32,000 bases of DNA. It comes from Hyperthermus butylicus DSM 5456. Its GTDB lineage: Archaea > Thermoproteota > Thermoprotei_A > Sulfolobales > Pyrodictiaceae. Location: the NCBI RefSeq assembly GCF_000015145.1, contig NC_008818.1, positions 930,001-962,000 of the forward strand, read 5' to 3'. Both the position numbers and the translations under genes were made by a program. Within the stretch, counting starts at the first letter, position 1; each line of letters starts with the position of its first letter. The notes beneath the pieces were generated by a model that made no database searches, was not told the DNA's origin, and saw only the letters and a list, made by a program, of their open reading frames with translations. Below are positions 8,901 to 15,914 of the stretch, piece by piece.

Positions 8901-9580
8901 TTGACGCCGAGGCTCTCCGGAGAATGGTTGCCCTCGGCGATCTACGCGTGCCTGTAACGCTTAGGGAGAGTCATTACCGGCTATACGACCTCATCTTCCG
9001 CAGGTTCATAGCGAGCCAGATGAAGCCTGCCAAACTGAAGCGTAGGCGCATAAGGCTTGAAGTAGCTGGGAGCCAGGTCGAGATAGAGGTATACACTGCC
9101 GCGCTAAGGGAGGGTTACCATAAGTACTACCCATACCCCAGGCTCCACATGGCACTGGACAGCGTAAAGCCTGGCGACGTGCTGAGGCCAGAGAGGATAC
9201 TGGTAAGGAGGGGCTCAACGGTATACCTCTACACGCACGGTGAGATAGTCAGCCTAATGAGGGAGAGAGGACTGGGGAGGCCAAGCACCTACGCCAAGAT
9301 AATAGATGCTCTGGAGCGGCACGGCTACGTGATAGAGAGCAAGTACCGCCGCCGCCTAGTACCAACAAAGCTCGGCATAGAGGTCTACGAGTACCTCGAA
9401 TCCAGATATGGAAGCCTAGTGTCAGAAGAGCGTACGAGGAAGCTCTACCGGGACATAGAGGAGATAGCATCAGGCAACAAGAGCCCGGTAGAGGTTGTAA
9501 ACGAGCTGCTGGCCGAGCTATCAGAGCTGCTCGAGACATCACTGAGACAGTATACCGGCGAGGTAAAAGCCCTCGGCTAG
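5918..9580 (+). CDS. rgy: Reverse gyrase
   Basis: N-terminal zinc ribbon CPNCGG...C..C, helicase Walker A APTGVGKT and a DDVD box. The C-terminal topoisomerase IA domain has Toprim (VESPTKA, DPDVEGE), a second zinc ribbon and the active-site ITYHRTDS. The ORF is open from 5717, but that extension overlaps albA. The TTG at 5918 sits just before the zinc ribbon. Confidence 0.93.
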   Translation: MTLTLRPVYHAACPNCGGPISAVRLVEGLPCVQCLPTVGELSTDYYERIETIGRLLAENGRLRGYWYLYSSTSQLREFEEFFEKLTGHKLWSAQRTWAKRMLQGESIAIVAPTGVGKTTLLSVYAVYRASQGLKVYYLLPTENLARQVTRKLETLSSRLGGGIRVVSYYSSLPKRAKEESLRTIEERSYDILVTTTAFLSRRWSLIEGIRFDSILVDDVDAVLRNSKNIDKLLQALGFSVEAIEAAYNLVKKKIMATIAKTSGNIKRYEKLLQDIEQLEAILSQELVKTTPGQLVIASATGRAYGLKPKLFRELLGFDIGRVYDYTRSIANLYKIVNDPVAEAVSLVTRMGGGGLVFVAKRFGKNVARRIAEMLNERGIRAAVALAGRRVLDRFASGEYDVLVGVASYYGVIVRGIDMPERIHYTVFVGVPSQAIEAGKALLSPHRIARSAVELSLEGAEELARRLSKLAPNEVTVLRIALERGERLEGRLGEILEMLLETRRKLLHAIEELVSIEGSVAVGGALYRFEDGKLVAILPDAPTYVQASGRASRMYGSAMTHGISIVLDVDEILVRLLAEKLKRFLEDVRFEELSSEKLAKELEKARASRRGGVGKKVDIETCLIVVESPTKAKTIAGFFGRPVRRRIGSVVVYETTFYNPVSGKIHVAAIAATAGHVYDLTIDDEGIYGVELGKNGVSPIYKPIKRCLSCGHQFSSSSQVCPRCGSSNIVSKEDVIGALRQLAIENEVVYIATDPDVEGEKIAYDIYLLLRPYARKIMRIELHEITRSELNRALANPREVDVRLAEAQMVRRIEDRWIGFGLSQHLWQVFGKNWLGAGRVQTPVLGWIIERYSEWRSNLGYNLYIRLPGGPLVKIHYDSASGAREAAAAAENGVRVVSVEEEVVEINPPPPYTTESLIYDASRLYGYPAQKTMRVAQELFEAGLITYHRTDSTHVSGLGQHIARLYLESREDAELLQPRSWGPQGHHEAIRPTRPIDAEALRRMVALGDLRVPVTLRESHYRLYDLIFRRFIASQMKPAKLKRRRIRLEVAGSQVEIEVYTAALREGYHKYYPYPRLHMALDSVKPGDVLRPERILVRRGSTVYLYTHGEIVSLMRERGLGRPSTYAKIIDALERHGYVIESKYRRRLVPTKLGIEVYEYLESRYGSLVSEERTRKLYRDIEEIASGNKSPVEVVNELLAELSELLETSLRQYTGEVKALG

Positions 9581-10416
9581 CCCTTCCTCCTCCTAAACCT
9601 CCACACGGTAGCGGCTGGATCAGGTGCTGGCGGCAGGCTGCGCTTATGCTCGCTAGCCCGGTGTAGCTCTAGTACGCGCCTAACCTTCTCGATGGGGAGC
9701 CCGGTAGCTTTTGCAGCTTCCTCGGGCGATAGCCCCTTGTCAAACAATGCGTAGAGGATCAAATCTATCTCTTCATACTTCATGCCTAGCTCATCCTCTG
9801 CCAGTTGGCCAGGCCATAGACGTGGGCTACTAGGCTTGAGAGCTATCTTCTCTGGCACACCGAGATGTAGGGCTAGCCTCCTAACTTGAGACTTGTAGAG
9901 GCAGCCTATAGGCAGAAAGTCGACAGCGCCATCACCGTACTTTGTAAAGTAGCCTATCAGCAGCTCGCTGCGATCACCAGTTCCCGCTACAAGTAGACCC
10001 TCCATGTTTGCGTATAGGTAGAGCAGTGTCATCCTCACCCTAGCCCTTAGATTCCCCTTACTACGCCGATCCGGTGCCTCACCCATGGCAACCAGATAGC
10101 TGGCCACAATGGGTTTGATATCTATCAGCTTGTAGCGAACTCCCAGCCTTTCAGCAATTCCTACGGCATCGTGGACATCCTCCTCCGGCGTCACATCGGA
10201 ATCCGGCATCACTAGTACTAGGACACGCTCCGGACCCAGAGCCCTAACCAGCAAGTACAATGTGGTGGTAGAATCTACGCCTCCACTTAGACCAACAACC
10301 ACACCCTTAGCGCCACTTGACTCAACGTAGCCCTTGATGAATTCTTCTATGGAGCGGGCAACACCTTCATAGTCCAGGTCTAGAAGTTCGTTGAGAGTAA
10401 TCCTCAAGTCCAGCAC
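9577..10416 (-). CDS. nadE: NH3-dependent NAD+ synthetase
   Basis: PP-loop motif GLSGGVDS, and the length (279 aa) and overall pattern fit the NadE family. Confidence 0.92.
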   Translation of the reverse strand: MLDLRITLNELLDLDYEGVARSIEEFIKGYVESSGAKGVVVGLSGGVDSTTTLYLLVRALGPERVLVLVMPDSDVTPEEDVHDAVGIAERLGVRYKLIDIKPIVASYLVAMGEAPDRRSKGNLRARVRMTLLYLYANMEGLLVAGTGDRSELLIGYFTKYGDGAVDFLPIGCLYKSQVRRLALHLGVPEKIALKPSSPRLWPGQLAEDELGMKYEEIDLILYALFDKGLSPEEAAKATGLPIEKVRRVLELHRASEHKRSLPPAPDPAATVWRFRRRKG

Positions 10417-10530
10417 ACCCGCAAACCCTACCAGGCCCCAGAGATTTTTACGTGTAGGCTACATCAACACTAGCTAGCAAAGCTCGCCTTATACCCGAAC
10501 TCGTTATACTACTCTACATGGCGCACACCC

Positions 10531-12144
10531 TTGCTGGGAAGGCCGGTTTTCGGTCTGGGCAAAGCCATAACATCGGTTGATGTGGCAGTTATTGATGCTA
10601 ACTCTGAGTGGATTGGCGTTAAGAGGCTACAGCTTATGGAGAATGCTGGCCGCAGTGTTGCCGAGGAAGCTGCAAAGCTTGCCAAGCCGGGAAGCCGTGT
10701 TGTCGTCTTTGCTGGGCCTGGAGGTAATGGTGGGGATGGACTGGTAGCTGCCAGGCACCTAGCCTATATGGGGTACCAGGTTACTGTCGTGATGATTGTG
10801 AAGCCCGAGGAGATACGATCCCCCGAGACAAGAGCTATGTATGAGGCCCTGGCAGCTATGGATCTAACCGTGGACATACGTATTGCGCGAGCACCAGCCG
10901 ACGTAGCACCTGTTGAAGCCGATGTGGTGATAGACGCACTTCTAGGAACAGGGCTGAGGGGCGCCCCAAGGCCCCCGTACAGTGATGCCATTGAAGCGGT
11001 AAACTCTAGTACTGGGTTAAAGCTCGCTGTTGATGTCCCGTCGGGCCTTAACTCAGATACGGGTGAGACACCAGGAGCCTATGTAAAAGCCGATATAACC
11101 GTAACATTCCACAAGCCCAAGCCAGGCCTGCTACGCAGGCCAGACGTCGCTGGTAGGCTCGTAGTAGTCAGTATAGGAGCACCCCCCGAGGCCGAGGTAT
11201 ATGTTGGTCCTGGTGACGTAGCCTACAGGGTAAGGCCTAGGAGCTGGAAAGCCCATAAGGGCTCATCGGGCCGTGTCCTCATAGTTGGCGGTTCCCAAGA
11301 CTATGTGGGCGCTCCTATACTTGCAGCGCTAGCGGCTGAGCGTAGCGGCGTAGATCTGGTCTTCCTGGCAGCGCCGGAACACGTAACAAGAGCGGCATCA
11401 CATCACCCAACGATAATACCGGTACCTCTACGTGGCAGCCCCAACATACACCCAGACCACGTAAAGAAGCTAGAGCAGCTCCTGGATCGCGTGGATGCAA
11501 TAGCCATAGGTATGGGCGTAGGCCTCTCTGATGAGACGAAAGAGGCCATACCACAGATAATAGTGAAAGCGCTGGAGAAGGAGAAGCCGGTGGTCGTGGA
11601 CGCTGATGGAATCAAAATCCTAGGCGAAAGGGGCATACCCAACTCCAATCGAAAGCTAGTAGTCACACCCCACCAGCGCGAATTCCAAATACTCTTCGGC
11701 GATGCATTGTCAGGCGTAGACGAGGACATAAAGGCCAGAGCCCTCAAGGCAGCCGAAAAAGCCCAGAGACATGGGCTAGTGATACTACTCAAAGGTCCCA
11801 TAGATATTGTGACGGATGGCGAGAGAATAAGGCTAAACCGAACCGGCGTACCAGCCATGAGTGTTGGCGGTACAGGTGACACATTGGCAGGCATAACAGC
11901 AGCACTCCTGGCAAGAAAGCTAGAACCCTTCCATGCAGCCTCCATAGCAGCCTTCGTAAACGGTCTAGCTGGAGCACTAGCATACGCCGAGAAGAAAGAC
12001 TCGATGACGGCCATGGACCTCATAGAGAAGATACCAGAAGCCCTCAACAATCCCATAGAAGCAGCAAACAGAGTACCAGCATACCAGCGGCTAGTCCGTG
12101 GTAGAATAGAATGGCAGCCACCAGTGGGCCGCTCTGAGTCGTAG
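10531..12144 (+). CDS. nnr: Bifunctional NAD(P)H-hydrate repair enzyme (epimerase plus ADP-dependent dehydratase)
   Basis: N-terminal YjeF_N motif GPGGNGGDG and C-terminal carbohydrate-kinase-like motif GGTGDTLAG. TTG start. Confidence 0.88.
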   Translation: MLGRPVFGLGKAITSVDVAVIDANSEWIGVKRLQLMENAGRSVAEEAAKLAKPGSRVVVFAGPGGNGGDGLVAARHLAYMGYQVTVVMIVKPEEIRSPETRAMYEALAAMDLTVDIRIARAPADVAPVEADVVIDALLGTGLRGAPRPPYSDAIEAVNSSTGLKLAVDVPSGLNSDTGETPGAYVKADITVTFHKPKPGLLRRPDVAGRLVVVSIGAPPEAEVYVGPGDVAYRVRPRSWKAHKGSSGRVLIVGGSQDYVGAPILAALAAERSGVDLVFLAAPEHVTRAASHHPTIIPVPLRGSPNIHPDHVKKLEQLLDRVDAIAIGMGVGLSDETKEAIPQIIVKALEKEKPVVVDADGIKILGERGIPNSNRKLVVTPHQREFQILFGDALSGVDEDIKARALKAAEKAQRHGLVILLKGPIDIVTDGERIRLNRTGVPAMSVGGTGDTLAGITAALLARKLEPFHAASIAAFVNGLAGALAYAEKKDSMTAMDLIEKIPEALNNPIEAANRVPAYQRLVRGRIEWQPPVGRSES

Positions 12145-12224
12145 GCAGCCCCCGGGATAGAGAGATTGTAGGCCGCGAAGGGCTAGAGGCTATGAGGCCC
12201 CTCGCGGCCCTCCCGGGGGCTGCC
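12144..12224. other. 81-nt nested hairpin of unknown function: 14-bp perfect outer stem plus 13-bp inner stem with one mismatch
   Basis: GGCAGCCCCCGGGA (12144-12157) pairs perfectly with TCCCGGGGGCTGCC (12211-12224). GGCCGCGAAGGGC (12171-12183) pairs with GCCCCTCGCGGCC (12197-12209) with a single A/C mismatch. Confidence 0.6.
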
Positions 12225-12381
12225 ATCTAGAGAGGAAATCCCTACCTCCGCTAATTTCAATGCTCCGCCCATAGTTGTGGGGGTCGGCGTGAGACTAGGC
12301 CAGTCATTCCACGCTCTCCTATCGTGGTCCTAGACTGCCCGCCTCTCCATCCCCCAGAAGCTACAGTACGTACGGGTAAGG

Positions 12382-12412
12382 CTTTAAATCGGCTTTTTAT
12401 AGGGGTTATAAG
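12382..12412 (+). promoter_or_regulatory. Cluster of three TATA-like elements upstream of tbp
   Basis: The sequence is gCTTTAAATcggCTTTTTATAggGGTTATAAGg. The middle element is about 24 nt upstream of the in-frame GTG at 12426, which is consistent with a leaderless mRNA. Confidence 0.45.
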
Positions 12413-12425
12413 GGGGTTTGCTGGC

Positions 12426-13034
12426 GTGCCGACTGGTGGCCAGAAGTTGAGCCAGATAGAGGCTAGGAGCGAGGCTGGTGAGGCTAGGCCGACGGCTAAG
12501 ATAGAGAATATAGTTGCTACGGTTTCTCTTGACCAGCAGCTCGACCTTAGGCTTATAGAACGTAGTATACTCACTGTAGAGTATAATCCCGAACAGTTCC
12601 CGGGTCTTGTCTATAGGCTTGACGAGCCAAAGGTTACAGCGTTGATATTCAAGTCTGGCAAAATGGTTGTCACTGGTGCTAAGAGCACAAAGGACCTCAT
12701 AGAGGCTGTTAAGAAGATTGTCAGGAACCTCAAGAAGCATGGAATACCAATCTATGGTAGGCCCAAGGTACAGATACAGAATATCGTAGCCTCGGCTAAC
12801 CTCAACGTCTGTGTTGACCTCGAGAGGGCTGCACTTACGCTTGAGAACAGTATGTACGAGCCTGAGCAGTTCCCAGGCCTCATACATAGAATGGATGAGC
12901 CGAGGGTAGTGCTCCTAATCTTCAGCTCGGGCAAGATGGTTATCACGGGTGCCAAGAGAGAGGAAGAAGTCTATGAGGCTGTAAACAAGATATACGAGAA
13001 GCTCAAGAAGCTAAGAGCGATAAGGCCTTGCTAG
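12426..13034 (+). CDS. tbp: TATA-box binding protein
   Basis: Two TBP repeats ([10 protein letters not shown]...FPGLVYRL...[12 protein letters not shown] and [10 protein letters not shown]...FPGLIHRM...[12 protein letters not shown]). The ORF is open from 12324 but the TATA cluster lies inside that extension. Start candidates are GTG 12426 and TTG 12447. Confidence 0.93.
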   Translation: MPTGGQKLSQIEARSEAGEARPTAKIENIVATVSLDQQLDLRLIERSILTVEYNPEQFPGLVYRLDEPKVTALIFKSGKMVVTGAKSTKDLIEAVKKIVRNLKKHGIPIYGRPKVQIQNIVASANLNVCVDLERAALTLENSMYEPEQFPGLIHRMDEPRVVLLIFSSGKMVITGAKREEEVYEAVNKIYEKLKKLRAIRPC

Positions 13035-13282
13035 CCAGTTTTTATCCTCAGCCCACGCTTCAGAGCTGCGAGCACTAGCTCTTTTACAGCATTCCGCGAC
13101 CTAGACCTCACTATAACAATGCTGCCAATATCTTCGACTACGAAGCCAGCCCTAAGCTTCTCCTCAACTTCCCTAAGCACCTCTCCTAGGGTCTCGCTAG
13201 GCTGCTCAAATACCACGACATAGTAGCCTTGGGGATCTCTCCTTGAGAGTATGTCTTCCAGCAGCCTCCTAGCCCTAGCCAT
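13031..13282 (-). CDS. Hypothetical protein (83 aa)
   Basis: ATG ORF 6 nt downstream of the preceding gene, so operon-like. Protein-like composition with no recognised motif. Confidence 0.55.
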   Translation of the reverse strand: MARARRLLEDILSRRDPQGYYVVVFEQPSETLGEVLREVEEKLRAGFVVEDIGSIVIVRSRSRNAVKELVLAALKRGLRIKTG

Positions 13283-13288
13283 GATGGG

Positions 13289-13930
13289 CTAGCCTCCAGG
13301 CTCGCCGAGTATGCTTTCAATCTGGTAGCTAGCTATCAGTATCTTACTGCTCTCCTCAGAGACGTAGCGTTCAACAAGACTGGTTATTTTCTGTGTTAGC
13401 TGCTCAACGAGTCGATGTGGCATCTTGGAGACAAGCCTCACCAGTGCTAGGAAACGCAGTATCGCCGAAAACACCGCCTCCTCAAGCGCTCCCAGAACAC
13501 TTGAGGCTAAGGGATCCCCATCTACTGCTAACTTACCATATTTCTTAACTAGTTCAGCGTAGGTTGAGGCTATTCTTATCTCGTGAAGCGCGTAGCTGGT
13601 AAGAGTAGCTGAAAGCATGTTGTGTAAATTCACATCTATAGCATCCATGTGTGTTGAGAGGGCCTCCATAGCCTTGTCTAGAAGCATCGGCACAAGCTTC
13701 TCCAGTTCGCCCACGAGAAGCCGGAGGTAGAGGCTATCAGGCAACACGCCAGAGTCTATGCAGCCACCATGTTCCGAAAGAAACCTGGAGACGATCCCGG
13801 CTATGGATTCGAGATTCGTTCGTCCATCACCCTCTTTGAGCTCCTCCAGGATCTGTGCTGCAATGCGGTCCAAAAGCTTCTCCACGAGAGCAAGGCACTT
13901 ACCATTTTCCATGTCCTGCTTCATCAGCAA
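13289..13930 (-). CDS. Hypothetical protein, predicted all-helical (213 aa)
   Basis: Long ORF with protein-like composition, the middle gene of a three-gene minus-strand string. The start is uncertain (TTG 13930 or ATG 13924). Confidence 0.6.
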   Translation of the reverse strand: MLMKQDMENGKCLALVEKLLDRIAAQILEELKEGDGRTNLESIAGIVSRFLSEHGGCIDSGVLPDSLYLRLLVGELEKLVPMLLDKAMEALSTHMDAIDVNLHNMLSATLTSYALHEIRIASTYAELVKKYGKLAVDGDPLASSVLGALEEAVFSAILRFLALVRLVSKMPHRLVEQLTQKITSLVERYVSEESSKILIASYQIESILGEPGG

Positions 13931-14017
13931 CCTACCCTTCAGTCATCGCTAGTGCTCAGTTAATCGGGGTGTATCATCACGCAGCTCTCCGCACAACCAG
14001 CCTCTAGCCAGCGGCTT

Positions 14018-14638
14018 TTACCTTCTAACCAGCTCTCTTATCCTTGAAGCCATGAGCTTAAGGGCCATCTCCTTCCCCGCAACCTCGCCTGGAGGGAGGT
14101 ACTCCACATCTACGCCGGGTATAAGCCTGGCCTGCATAGCTAGCTTCTTGTCTCCCGTAAAGAATATGACTCCTCTATACTGGTTTGCAAGCCTCTCAAG
14201 AAGACTTAGCACATCGTAGTCGTCTCTGGCGGGCTGTTGGTATACACCTGGGGCAATACGTATTGGTCTATCAATACCTCTCCCGAGAACCTCATGGAAC
14301 TCGAGAGGCATGTCATGCAGCTCCCTAGCAAGGATCTCGGCAAACCCCTTAAACATCTGGTCAAAGACAACAGCATATCCTGCCGCTTTCTCAGTCTTGG
14401 CAGGAGCTGGCCCTGCCGCGGCTCTCCGGCTTAGGCTTTCCCGTATCTCTCGGAGATCCTCGGGATCTAGCTCTACAATGAGCTTAGCCTTGTAGATCTC
14501 GGTGCTTTCTCCGCTGCACTCCTCCGAGGCCTTAGCTAGGGCGTCCAGTAGGCTTCCTACGACCATGTAAGGCTTACCGCCACATACAACTATGTAGGTG
14601 TGCACCATTTCGCCTAGCCTGAATAAAAGGGGTTCCAT
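14018..14638 (-). CDS. Hypothetical protein with a possible C-terminal PIN-like nuclease domain
   Basis: 206-aa ATG ORF. The C-terminal half carries spaced acidic motifs (AVVFDQMF, EFHEVLG, DDYDVLSLL, FFTGDKKLAMQA) in the order expected for a PIN fold. This is pattern recognition only. Confidence 0.6.
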   Translation of the reverse strand: MEPLLFRLGEMVHTYIVVCGGKPYMVVGSLLDALAKASEECSGESTEIYKAKLIVELDPEDLREIRESLSRRAAAGPAPAKTEKAAGYAVVFDQMFKGFAEILARELHDMPLEFHEVLGRGIDRPIRIAPGVYQQPARDDYDVLSLLERLANQYRGVIFFTGDKKLAMQARLIPGVDVEYLPPGEVAGKEMALKLMASRIRELVRR

Positions 14639-15371
14639 ACTGTAGCTCTTAACTCTTTACCCCTCTGTCTTCGACGAGAATGAGGTCTATAGCTAGATAC
14701 TGAGAGCATTAAGAGTGCGAGAATAGTGATACAACTTGCCAATTATGCAATGCTTTCATACACTCTAGAAATATGCAAGGAGGCTTCATAGGCTAGCGCG
14801 TATGGCAGGAAAAACTAAAGCTATTAAGATTAGCATGAAGTCGGAGCATATAATTGGACTCCGTAGGGAAGACCATGATGGATATAGTAAAGAATACGTT
14901 AACAGACGTTGTTTTTAGGATAGCTTGGCCACAACTATCTCAAGAAGTAGTAGATTACGCATAATGGGCCTAGTACAGCTACAGCTACTAAGGCTCATCC
15001 AAACCATGGTGCTCCTGCCAAGCCGTGCATGCAATTCGGATGGAGGTACAAGACGTGAATGCAAGGCATAAACTATCACTAGCGCTATATTTTTGCTACA
15101 TGCCAGGCGTAGCGTTATAGCTTAGTAGCTTGGAAACGAAGCCGGTGCTGATCCCGTAAAGTGTATGTGGCATTATTATGTTATTGTGTTAAAGTTCGTG
15201 ACGGCAGATCTCGGCAACGGCTAAGATAGCATTCAGTGTAGTTAGCTTTGTGATAAACCCTCCTTAGTGCTTGTGGGGTCGGTATATCGCTTATACTATG
15301 GGTTTTGTAGCATAGCTGAGACAGGTGATAGTGGTAAAAAGACTGTGTAGTGTTGTAAGATTGTAGAAGCA

Positions 15372-15794
15372 TCATCTTATGATCATGACTGATGTTGCCG
15401 AGTTTATGGTTATAGATAGGGCTACACTCCCAATCATTAGATCCTCGTTTGCTGTGTTTCCGCGGGCGCCAAGGACTACTAGGTCGTAGCCTCCTTCGAT
15501 GATTTCTGATATTATCTCATTTGCGACACTGCTTGTCTGTGGGTTATACTCCTTAAACTTTATGTCCACTGCAACGCCCTTGTCCCTTACCCTCTTCTCT
15601 ATGGCTTCCCTAATCGCCTTAGTATCTGCTCCCGGTGCGTGAACATGGAGTACTGAGACTTTTGATCCGTAGCGCCGTGCGAAGTCAAGTGCCACTTCTA
15701 AAGCTCTCATGCTTGATTCTGAGCCATCTACGGGTACAAGTATTCGGCGGAAGAGGTAGCTTATGGCATAGCTTGGTTCCAGTACAAAGCTCAT
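15372..15794 (-). CDS. Universal stress protein (UspA family)
   Basis: ILVPVDGSE...AL..A...A......L.VLHV at the N-terminus and DLVVLGARG...GSV at the C-terminus are typical of the Usp family. Confidence 0.88.
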   Translation of the reverse strand: MSFVLEPSYAISYLFRRILVPVDGSESSMRALEVALDFARRYGSKVSVLHVHAPGADTKAIREAIEKRVRDKGVAVDIKFKEYNPQTSSVANEIISEIIEGGYDLVVLGARGNTANEDLMIGSVALSITINSATSVMIIR

Positions 15795-15914
15795 GTCATG
15801 TACACCCTTCTGCTATGCGGGTTTGCTAGTTTGCTGACCATCCATATTATCTTATTGCTTTCTTGTCTGGGTGTATGGTAATAAGTTATAGCCCCTATGG
15901 CGTTGGCTTGGTTG

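Noticed and set aside
12144-12224. Tested the nested hairpin as a tRNA, H/ACA sRNA or K-turn RNA.
   Set aside because: It has no cloverleaf and no T-loop GTTCRA motif; the 5' and 3' ends simply form one 14-bp helix. The internal loop is one-sided (13 nt versus 1 nt), so there is no pseudouridylation pocket. There is no ACA box adjacent to the stem and there are no tandem G.A pairs. It is kept only as a structure of unknown function.
12225-12381. GC-rich ORF-free stretch between the hairpin and the tbp promoter, checked on both strands for tRNA, SRP or RNase P-like features. This included a 77-nt GGGGG...CCCCC segment on the minus strand.
   Set aside because: The acceptor-like ends mispair at positions 6-7. 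There are no D-arm or T-arm complementarities, no GGAA/GNAR SRP helix-8 motif and no convincing long-range helices. The 105-aa ORF at 12257..12574 (-) overlaps the tbp promoter and start and looks spurious.
13939-13980. Second C/D-box-like arrangement on the minus strand between the 206-aa and 213-aa genes: GUGAUGA, then 14 nt, CUGA, GCACUAGC, GAUGA, CUGA.
   Set aside because: The C box is perfect. However, the C-D' spacing is 14 nt rather than 12. The putative C' (GCGAUGA) is directly abutted by CUGA, leaving no second guide. Using the next CUGA (13927-13924, inside the following CDS) gives a 15-nt spacer. The terminal stem is only 3 bp. This is too irregular to call, though it could be rechecked with a covariance model.
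14802-14918. 38-aa plus-strand ORF (MAGKTKAIKISMKSEHIIGLRREDHDGYSKEYVNRRCF) in the AT-rich island.
   Set aside because: It has no recognisable family. The GGAGG motif is 19 nt from the ATG, which is poorly spaced. Such short ORFs are expected by chance in 730 nt. It is mentioned only as a ribosome-profiling target.
14639-15371. Considered a CRISPR leader or array, or a replication origin.
   Set aside because: No direct repeats of CRISPR length or spacing are present. No ORB-type dyads with G-strings and no adjacent orc1/cdc6 gene were found. AT-richness alone is insufficient, so only the unexplained island is reported.
15181-15375. 64-aa minus-strand ORF whose ATG overlaps the Usp stop (ATGA).
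   Set aside because: The product is Tyr/His/Thr/Gln/Cys-rich and unlike the proteins in the rest of the window. It lies in the AT-rich ORF-free island. The ATGA overlap alone is weak evidence.
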